Of a stretch of DNA of 64,000 nt, positions 13,401 to 24,700 are shown piece after piece. A program made the translations under genes and the position numbers. A model generated the notes under the pieces. It was not told the origin of the DNA, searched no databases, and was given only the letters and a program-made list of their open reading frames with translations. The stretch comes from Eledone cirrhosa (lineage: Eukaryota). Every line of letters starts with the position of its first letter. Positions within the stretch are counted from its first letter, which is position 1. The DNA is taken from contig OZ024743.1 in NCBI GenBank assembly GCA_964016885.1, forward strand, positions 166,284,001 to 166,348,000. Direction: 5' to 3'.

Positions 13401-16400
13401 TTTTTGATTCGTCAAAGTGACATTATTGAAAAGATAACATTATTGAAAAAATGAGAGGGACAATTCTTTTTAAAAAAAGGTTTTATAATGTATATAAAGT
13501 ATATAAAGTATTACCGGTTTCAATGTATTGTTAAAATCCATCTTATCAAATGTTGAGTGTTGAAATAAAAATTAAAAAGAATTAATAGGAGTTAAAAACT
13601 AAGGATTTAAAATTAAAATCAAATGTTGGAGTAAATTTTCTTCTTGTCAAAAATTAAAACCCAAAGGATTCTTAGAATCCAAAAATTATTTAAGAAAAAG
13701 CCAGAGTAGAATATCAGTAGTATGGGCAGTGACTTCTGCAATGAGTAATTTTTTCTCTCTTATTTTGTGTGTGTGTGTGTGTGTGTGTATATATACACAT
13801 ACAATGATATTAAATAAATGGAAACTATATTTATAAAACCATATTTATTCTATTATATATATTTCAAGGGTACCAACAATTTTGGTACACTATCATCAGA
13901 TAAAATACAAAATGTTCTATAAATATTTGACATGACCAAGGTTAATATACCTTAACGGTTCAAGTTATCCCTGGAAAGGTTTAAATATCTCTTCTACATA
14001 TATATATGTATATATTGTAAGTATGTTTTGAAACAGTGATCAGGTTTGAAATTAGAAAATAGAATAGCTTTCACCGTATTTTTGACTAAAGGAATTTTAG
14101 CCTAATAATGGGGTTTAGAACCCTCAGATAAATGGAAAAAGATGAGTATTGACATACATGGGAGTCGAACCCACATCTTTGGTTATCGCGACCACTGTGC
14201 TACCATTACACCAACACATCACCCATCTCTTTCCATTCAAATTACAAGCTACATGCTTAGCAAGTTTAAATGGCAAGTAAGTATGTTTTGAAACAGTGAG
14301 CAGGTTTGAAATTAGAAAATAGAATATTTACACACTATACATGCTAGCAGAAAACTGCCCACTGGGCGGTTCTTCTGCTAGTATATGTATATATGAGGAG
14401 AATGATAAAGACAAAGACTCCTCCTCTTTGTTTCGGCCGCAGATAGCCAACATAACCCCAGCCCCTTCCCCCTCCCGGCGCCCCACCGTTCCCACCCACC
14501 AAACGCAATCCAAAACTTCAGAGTTAGTACCATGAATGTAGGCACCTTAAAAGGTCGCTCTAACGAGGTTGTAGAAATGCTTGAACGTAAGGAGGTTGAT
14601 GTTTGCTGTATCCAAGAGACTAGGTGGAGGGGTGGGTCTGCTAGATTCATTGTGGATAAAAAACGATGCTATAAGCTTTTCTGGGTGGGAAATGACAATG
14701 GGCTGGGTGGGGTAGGAATCATGTTAGCAGAAAAATGGGTAGATAAGATAATAGACGTAAATAGAGTGAACGACAGAAGAATTAAAATAAGACTTGTCCT
14801 AAATAGAACTACTGTGACAGTAATATCTGCGTACGCACCCCAATCCGGACTGCCTGGCGTTATAAAAGACAGATTCTATGAGACATTGATGCTCACGACC
14901 TCCCAAATAACCGACAGTGACAACATAATTATTGCTGGCGACCACTGGACAACAGTGTGATGGGCATGACGGAATCCATGGAGGCTATGGGTTTGGTACT
15001 AGAAATGAGGAAGGCGCCAGAATCCTGGAATTCTGTGACGCAAATAACCTAACTGCCTGTAACACTAACTTCAAAAAACGAGACAACCACTTGATCACCT
15101 ATAGATCAGGGGAACACGCCAGTCAGATAGATTATATCCTTACCAGAAGACGTGATAGAGTGTCTGTCGTAAACACTAAATCCCTCCCCCATGAAGAATG
15201 CACCTCCCAACATAGACTGATAATTAGCGACCTCATAGTCAGGACAAGACGTACTCGACAACAGAGGAGAATTATCCTCAGGAGAAAAATATGGAAGCTA
15301 AAGGACCCCACAGCCAGTAATAAATTTAAAAGCATTTGACAGTAAGGAAGAGCAATTAGAGTCGTACAATATAGAGGAACAGTGGGAATTCCTGAAAGCT
15401 AACCTGCTGAAGGCGGCAGATGATGTCTGTGGCTGGAGCAGGCCTATAGGCAGGAGGAGAGTAACGTGGTGGGGGAACAGTAAGGTGGAGGAGTCAATTA
15501 AGGCCAAAAAGCAGGCTTGGAAAGCATGGCGGGGTGGGGGAAGTAGAGAAGACTATCAAGTGGCCAGGAGGGAAGCTAGGAGACAAGTGTACTTCGCAAG
15601 AAGGGAAGCAGAGGAAAGAAAGTTCAAGCATGTTATACAACGCGAGGACCAAAAACGTGAGGTGTTCAGGATTGCTAGGCAATGTGTCAAGGAAAACAGT
15701 GATATTGTCGGGGAGAAGTGTGTCCTTAATGATGATGGTGTACTTGCCATCACTGACGCTGATAAGAAGGTAGCTTGGAAGTGTCACTACGAAAGGCTAC
15801 TAAATGAGGAGAATAAATGGGAGAAAGACAGTCTCCCCCACATCGATCCAATAGAGGGACCAGCAGTGCTAGTTGAAGGTGGTATAATAAGTAAGGCAAT
15901 CAAAGATATGAAGACGGGTAAGGGGGTTGGGCCTTCGGAAATAGTTGCTGAAATGCTGAAAGCATCTGGAACGGTGGGACACACTATGGTCACCCGGATA
16001 GTAAACCAAGTCATACAGAATGGGGTCGTTCCGAAGGACTGGCGTAACAGCATCATCATTAACTGCTACAAGGGTAAAGGAGATGCCCTAGATAGGGGTA
16101 ACTATAGAGGCATTAAATTAATCGACCAGGTCATGAAGGTCACAGAAAAAGTAATAGCGCAACTAATCAGAGAGCGAATTGATCTAGATGAAATGCAGTT
16201 TGGGTTTGTGTCAGGTAAAAATACCACAGACGCTCTTTTCATTGTACGACAACTACAGGAGAAGTACCTAGCTAAAAGTAAACCCCTATACTTAGCTTTT
16301 GTTGACTTGGAGAAAGCCTTTGACAGAGACCCCCCCGCTCCATTATCTGGTGGGCTCTTAGAAAACTAGGTGTTGATGAATGGCTTGTGAGAGCTATACA

Positions 16401-16917
16401 AGCCATGTATAAAGAAACAGTCAGCAAGGTTAGAATTAACAACGAATATAGTGAAGAGTTTAGCGTAAAGGTTGGTGTTCATCAGGCCTCCGTCCTTAGC
16501 CCCCTCCTATTTATTATTGCCCTTAAGTTGTGATGTTGCTGTTCCTACTTACAATTAAGGACAAAATGAAAACACACACATAGAACAAACAACCAACCAG
16601 TAACATGTAAATAAACAAATATAAACACACACAGACACCCGGATGTAACACATGCGCAAACTAAGCACACAACACACACAAAAACAAGATGGCGTAGGAG
16701 AGAACAAAGGAGAGGCACAAAAACAAAGAAAAGAATCCCCAGTCACTGAAGAGGTTACAGAATGTGTGACGAAAGAACTTTGACAATATATGAACAATCA
16801 TCTGGTTGTGGAACCAACCAACCAACCGGAAATTTATAATAAATTGAAGTGAAAGCAACTGGTGCGTGCGTTTCCTCCCAAAGTATAACAATATGTATAT
16901 ATAATATGTATATATGT

Positions 16918-16951
<34 letters not shown>

Positions 16952-19900
16952 ACTCTTTTACCTGTTCCAGCCATCCGGCTGAGGCCATGCTGGGGCACCG
17001 CCCTTGTTGCTACACATTTTATCTCCAGCCTGTATTGGTTGGCCACTGGTGCAAGAGGGAGTTTGTTGCTGCTGCTCTTAGGTTTCCCTTGTGCCTTGCT
17101 GTGGGCTCATCCGGGATCCTGGATAGCACGGTGTCGAGATGTTTCTTGAAAACATCCACGTCCACACCATGCAGATCTCTCAGACCCCTCAGCAGCTAGT
17201 TGAAGAGTTGAGGGCCTTTGAACTCCAGGCTATTACAATATCTGCTCCTTATTCTAGATGTGGAAGACGGGACCTTTGGCACCACACAGTGACGTCCTGT
17301 TCGGGGGTAGGTCCAGCTTCCAATGCCAAAGTTTGGTGCTAGTCCCTCCAGGATTTTCCACATATATATCACTGCGTATCTCTCCATCTTTGTTTCAAGG
17401 AGGTTCAGTTCTTTTAGCATCTCCCAGTAGCTTATCTCCTTCAACGTCGCAATCCTCTTGGTGTAGCTTCGTTGGATTGCCTCAAGCTCCGTGGTTAGTT
17501 TGACACTATGGGGTGACCACAGCTGGGAGCAATAGTCCAGCGGCTTAGGACAAATGTCCTCCATAGTGTCAACATGGTGTCTCGGTCTCTTATCCGGAAA
17601 GTCCTCAAGATCCAGCCAGCAAGTCGTCTGCACATTGTCTCCACTTTTATGATGTGTGAGGAAAAAGATGCATTGTCGCTCATGTCTATACCCAGGTCTT
17701 GTATCGATTTCGACACGGGAATTTCGGTCCCTCCTGGTCCAGTGTAACTGTGTTGTACTGTATTTGCGTTTGCAGGCTTGTATTGTAGGGCTTGTTGTCT
17801 TCTGGCCATTGTATATGTCATCCCGGCTGATGCTGCCCTTGTAAAAGGGCAGCATCAGCCGGGTTTTTGATTTCCTGTGCTACCTTAGTGTCATCAGCAT
17901 AGCTAGTGAGGGATGTTGTATGTACTACAGAGGGCATGTCTGAGAGAGCCACCAAAAACAGTAGCGGTCCCAGGACTGTGTCTTAGGGCACTCCACTTGT
18001 TATTAAGGTTTCCTTTGAGGGGGCCCCATTTGCTGCGACTGTCTGGCTTCTGTCCTTTAAGAAGTCATGCAGCCACTCACCTACTTTTCCAGTTATGCTG
18101 AGTCCGTGTAGTTTGTGACATCATATCATACCATGGTCGACCTTGTCAAAGGCCTTCGCAAAGTCAAGATATATCTCGTCCACATGTGAGCTGTCTAGCA
18201 GTTGTTTCAGTACCCAGTCGTAGTGATGTAGCAGCTGTGTAAGGCAGCTTCTTCCTGGCCGAAACCATGCTGCGTGCTAGTCAGGCAGTCATTTTCCTTG
18301 AGGAAAGTGATCAGTTTCTTTCTGATGATTCGCTCCGTGACCTTACCTATATGTGACATCAGGGAGACTGGCCTATAGTTTTTGACCTCCGCTCTGCTAC
18401 CTCCTTTATGGATAGGGCATATTGTGCCTTCTTTCAGCTCCCTGGGTAGTCTACCGCTAGCCAAGGAGCTTCTGAAGAGTGTCGTCAGTAGAGTTGCTAA
18501 GGCCCGCTTACATGTTTTTAAGAGGACTGCTGGGAATCCATCAGGTCCAGCAGTTGAGTCAGTTCTAATTTCATCTATGGCGTATACCACATCCTCCTCC
18601 GTTATGTCTATGTGGTTGATAGTCACTATTTCTTGATGTAGTGTTGTGGCATCAAAGAAATCCTCTGGCTTTGTTATTTGCATGAGCCCCAGTGGACATG
18701 TGAACACACTTTTGTACTGTTCATTCAGTATTTCACTTATCTCTTGGGGATTCTCGGTTAATGAACCGTCTTTATGGAAGAGTGGCCCAATCTTGCAGTG
18801 TACCGAGGCAGTCTCTTTTGCAAATTTAAAGAAGGCTTTAGGGTTTGTTTTAATATTTTCTATGGCCCTGCTTTCTTTCTTTGCCCTCTCATTTTCAAGG
18901 GAAAGTTTGAGTGCAATCTCGGTGCCAAGTAGTGCACATTTCAAATAGGATTCCTTCTTGTTTTTGTTTTGTTGACTTAGTTCTTCGTCTCATAAGGATT
19001 TTCCTATCTCTGGGAATAAGATTTTTGTGTCTGTTGGCCTTTTTCTCCGAGACAAACTTTTGGTATATAGTGTGTATCGTTGTCATGAAGTGTTGAAATT
19101 GTGTCGGTGTCTTGTGTGGCGATGTTGTCGCTCCATATTTGCTTCCGGATTTCTCTCTTGATCTTTTTCCAGTTAGCCTAGTAGAAGTTAAGGCTGGATA
19201 ATGTCCCGGTGCTTCTTGGTGGTTGTGTCTCTGTTGATTCTCTCGGACCACATATCATTAGTTCTACTAAGTTATGATCCAGAAAATTGTTGGTGTCACC
19301 TTTACATTGTGGATGAGCACTGCATTGTTTGTAAAACAGAGATCTAGGACATTCTCGCCTCTTGTTGGGAGGAGTACTGCTTGTTCCATGAACAGCCTGT
19401 GTGTGAGGGCCAGCAGGGACTCCGTCTGTCTCTGTTCTAGTGATGTCATTCCAGGGAGGAGGTGGCCCTCAAGCCATTTGACTTTTGGCAGATTAAAGTC
19501 TCCCAGCAGTAGAATGTTGAGACCATGGTCCAGTTTGTCAAGGACCTCTTCTATCCTACTGAGGCTATCTTCATGACACATATTATTGTCTTTAGTTGCT
19601 TCATATGTACTATCAGTGTGTCACAGACTGAGTTTGAATGTGTCAACAGTACAATTAGTGTGACCATTTCATGGATATACAGAGCAACCCCACCATGAGT
19701 TCTCTCCTACCTGTCCGAACGAAATACAGTATATTTTGGTATATGTATTTCCGCATCTGCTATACTGCTTGTCAGGTGTGTTTCGGTTAGTGCCATGCAT
19801 AATGCTTGATTGCTTATGGCTAAGACGCCCAGGTAGGAAATTTTACTCATATTAGTGAGTTTCACCAGGCCTCTGACATTCAGCAGCAGCACTTGTGTGA

Positions 19901-21697
19901 CATTTGGGGTGTCAGCTATGGCTGTCGGCGTGACACCTGGCCTGGTGTCAGTGGCGGCCACCCTGGGTCCCTTAATTGTGATGGTGTCGAGTGTTGGTGT
20001 GAGTGATCCTGGCTCTGAAAATGATGCAGCCAGGTCAGCTGTCCCACAATCTTCTCTGCCATCACTAAAAAATTTTTTTGCTTTACTGCCGCCATCTGTA
20101 TCTCGTCGGCACATGCGTGCCTTCTCCTTGAGGCAACTTGCAACGGTTCTGGTTTTGGCTGGAGCATGTTGTGTGAGTAGGTTGGGCATAGTTCGCTTGG
20201 GGGCTGGGGTGAGAGAATCTACAGCCTGTCCCTGTTTCTCCATGCCAGCAGGTCCTGTTCCTGAAGAACTTGTACGTTACCTGGGTTTTCTTGCTCCCAG
20301 TGTCTTGGCGCCTTCTGTTCTTCCTTTGGACAGTTGTCCACTCGTCCCTCTGCTTGGTCTTCTTTCGGAAGGTGATTTCGCTTCTCACCTTTACTGTTTG
20401 CCTGTTGGTTGCCCGGCCTGCCTTGCCTGACTGTGGCGGCGGGTATCTCATTTTCTTTCAGGTCCGTGCTTGTGCTTTCTTCCTTTTCCCCATTTTTCTC
20501 TTCCTTGAGGACACGGCTTAGCATGGCCATGTGTGGCGTTATGAGGACATAGCCCCTCTCAATTTCTCTTCTTTTTCTTTCTATCTGCACCAAAGTCCTC
20601 AGAAAGCCATGGTTCTTCAGAGTCTCTGCAATCTTTTTGCTTGGTGGTGACCCATCAGCCAGGCTCCACCCTTTGATCAAAACCTCTAGTTCCATCTTTG
20701 ACCAGTTTCGCTGGCTTTTAATTTCATTTCTTCCCTGCATGCAGTCAATTTCGCTGTAGAGGAGAGAGAGAGATAGAGGGAAGGGTAGGGAAAAGGTTAG
20801 AGAGGGAAAGAGAGAGGGAGAGAGAGAAAGATAAATCCAGTGAGAAATTTAAGGAGCGATTTAGAGAGAAAGAGAGAGAGAGCTTGTGTGATCTAGAGAG
20901 AGAGAAAAAGAAAGGCGAGAGATAGGAGAGACAGAAGAGAAAGAGTGAGAGAGATAGCGAGAAGGGTGAGGGAAAGGTTAGAGAGAGAGAGAGAGATAGA
21001 TAAGTCCAGTGAGAAATTCAAGGTGTGATTTAGAGGGGAAGAGAGAGAGAGATAGAGAGAAAGAAAGAAGGAGAGAGACAGAGACAGCGTGAAAAATAGC
21101 AACAGAGACTTGAACAGGTCAAAGATAATTATAAATATTAATATCGTTCGAAATTAATATTTCACGATTAAAAGACCAAAATACAGTGTAAACAAATGAT
21201 ATCAACATGAAATATAAAAGGAGACAAAATAAATTATTGAAATCCAAATAAGTTAAAGATATAGAATCATGAAAGATTTATATAAGATATGATGACTTTA
21301 TGATTTTAACTGTAGGTATCGATTTGTTTACAAATATACTTTCAAATTAAAATAACGGGTAATGTATATATAAAGTGAATCTTAATTATTATAATATCAA
21401 TATATCAAAAACAATAACAAATATATATGCTCACTGAGTTAAAAATAAAAATAAAATAAAATTAAATAAAAAATAAAATAAAAATAAAATTAAATTGCGT
21501 TACTTAAAATAAAATAAAATAAAATTACGTTACTTAATGTTACTGTATGACAAAAAAAAAATATCTTTTACAATTTAAGAAGTTAACTCAATAAAACTTC
21601 CAGATTCCTGTTGATTTAAATTTTGAATCTCGCACAATCAGGAAAAGCACATAAGTCTACCAAGCAGCCATATATATACATATACATATATATACAA

Positions 21698-21756
<59 letters not shown>

Positions 21757-24700
21757 CATACATATATATATATTATATATATATAAAATAAAATAAGTAA
21801 CTCACACTGTAAAGTGGGTGTGTAGGCGCCACGGAAAAAAGCACCCAACACTTACTGTAAATGAGGTTGGTGTTAGGCAGGGCATCCAGCTGTAGAGATC
21901 AAGCCAGAATCAATTCCCATATGAGCAAGGCATGGTCAGCCGACTGGCTACTACCCACAACAGGACAACCCGTCTAACCCATGCTAGTATGGAAGAACGG
22001 ACTTAAAATGATGATGATGATGATGAAATATGATTCCAGTTCCAGGAGCTGGACATATCGATGTATTGACAGAGTGAAACACACTTCAACAACATGTATA
22101 CCTGTCTTTTCCACACCAATTCGGACTGCCTGAAGAGGTCACAACCAATAATAGCCGTCACTGATATATATATAGCAGTAAATTTATTATTTATAATAAA
22201 CAAAGCCATTTATTTTATTTTGCATTACTCCGGAGTAAACAAACCAACCTGCGTACCTCGTCGAGTGCTCCAATCTGTATACTGAGGTTTCTGTAAACAA
22301 CCAACATATTCAGGCTCAATCTTTTTGAAATCTGTAAACCTTCATTCAAACTCCTCCTTTAAACTCATCAACTGATGCATGATCTTGGAGGAGACGTTTG
22401 CAGCCACTTTCTCCTTCCCTAATAAAGAAAACTGGCAGAACTTGCCTTTACCTGCTTGCCTGGAGAACAAAGTAAGTTTTGCCTGAAAAGACTTGACATG
22501 CTTGTACATATCATGAGCAAACAGATCCTTTCGCTGCAATATCACATTCAGGACATTCAGATTATCAAAAATTGTCAACTGCAAACATTAGTTCATATCT
22601 CAGGATACTTTTGTTACAAAGTCACAAGAAAGAGAAGGATTTCATGTCCAGAAAGAGAAGGATTCCTTCTCACAACTCCCATACTCTCTTCAGCACTTTG
22701 CCCAGGCTCAACCACCGCACGTTGTTGTGGTAGAGTATATCTCCATGTCTTCAAGTAGAGATTTGAACTGTTGATGATTCAGTGCCCTTGTCCTAATAGA
22801 GTTTACTACACTTACCACCTGATCTACCACATGCTTCAAGTTCAGTGTAGCTTTACACAGGCTTTCTTGGTGCAAAATGCAGTGGAAAGACCACATGGCA
22901 TGATTAGGATAGGCCTTTTCTGATCTTATTTACAATGAGTTTCACCATGCCAACATTTTTTCCTGTTAATGCGCAGGCACCGTCTGTTTTCATGCTTGCC
23001 AACTTATCCCATGATAAAGCATTTTTATCAACACAATTGACCACATATTCAAACAAATCTTGACCTGTTGTGCTTTTCATGCGCTCTAGTGAAAGGAGCT
23101 CTTCTGTGACATGAAAATTCTCATTCACGCCATGAATAAAGATGAGTAACTGAGCAGTGTCTTGGATGTCAGTACTCTCATTTAGGGTACAGAGTAACAC
23201 ACAAAATCTTTGGTATCTATTTGTTTATCTCTAATTAAATAACCTTACTATTCGCTCACAATATATGTCCCCGCCCCCTTTCTATCCTGAAGGTCATTTC
23301 TCCCCACCTGCTCATGCTACATGCCCCATTGGCAGCTACTTACTGAACTAACTATATTCATAATCACTATGATATAATATTAATGGGTAAAATATATTAA
23401 CTGGCATAGAAGTATAATCGTTAATTGTAACAAGAGAAAAGGTGATGCTCTAGAAAAGAGTAACAACTACAGAAGCATAAAACTGGTAACTCAAGTTATG
23501 AAATTAGATGAGAAGCAGTTTGATTTTGCATCAAGAAGGAGCACCACAGATACTCTTTTCATAGAGAAACCACTACAAGAGAAGTCCTATCTAAGTGTAA
23601 ATCACAATATCTAGCTTTTGTTGATCTAGAGAAGGCCTTTGACAGAATCCCACTATCTGTTATCTGGTGGTCATTAAGGAAACTGTAAATGAATGGCTTT
23701 TGAGAGCAGTGCAAGCCATACATGTACCGTCAGTGAAGCGAGAGTAGGTAATGACTTTAGTAAGGAATTCAATGTGCAAGTAAGTGTTTATCCAGGCTCA
23801 GTCCTCAACCCTCTACAGTTCTTCAGGATATAACAAAGGAGTTTAAGTCAATGAAAACTTCTGTATGGAGGCTAACTGGTTTGTATACCTAAATCTGTGG
23901 AAGAGCTAGAGAAGAAATTCCTTTTGTGAAAACAGAACTTAGAATCAAAAGAAGTAGGTAGGAATTCTGTATGATATACACAATGTAAATTTTGGGTACA
24001 CAAGAGATGTTGTGGGATTGTAGAGACTAACAGAAAAAGTAAACTTTGTATGTGAGACAGGCTGGAAAAAGTTCAAGGAGCAACTGCTTCTGTTGAGAGA
24101 GAGAGAGAGAGTGAGAGTGAGAGAGAAAGTGAAGAAATAAGAAAAAGAAATTAGGAAGAGCTGACCCCAGTACAGGACTGGTACTTCATTTATTGTCCTT
24201 GAAACAATGAAAAACAAAGCTGACTGGAGCAGGATTTGAATTCAGAGCACTGAACAAACACCAAAGCTTTTAATTTCAACATCCAAATGACTGCCAATCT
24301 GCTGCCTTAGTCAAAACAAAGTACAGAAACTGTAAAAAAAATAAAATAAAATATAAATAAATACAAATACCATTTTATTTTGTCCTCCGTATTCTTGTAG
24401 ATTTCTTGAAGTATATCAATAACTGCTTTTATCTGAAGAAAACAACAAATATACAACTTGCAGTTGGTTGTGTGTGTGCGTTCTTCTGGTTTTATTATTT
24501 CATAAATTTTCACCAAGAGAGAGAGCCAGTTGCTAACATAGAAACAAACCTCTTTCATTGAAATTTAGATAACATCACTAGTTTATATATATGTCTGTAT
24601 GTGTGGATCTGCATGTTTTGAGCTACATGTGTAGACATGTATATGTTTCTGTGTCTATACAAGTGCATATGCAGTTCTTACATGCAGAATTTCTGAAATG

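Noticed and set aside
14150-14217. Functional tRNA gene
   Set aside because: A and B boxes are present, but the acceptor stem and anticodon arm are irregular; better explained as a SINE head.
22030-23220. Host GTF2IRD2/EPM2AIP1-like gene
   Set aside because: Multiple stops and frameshifts and no splice structure; a decayed hAT transposase.
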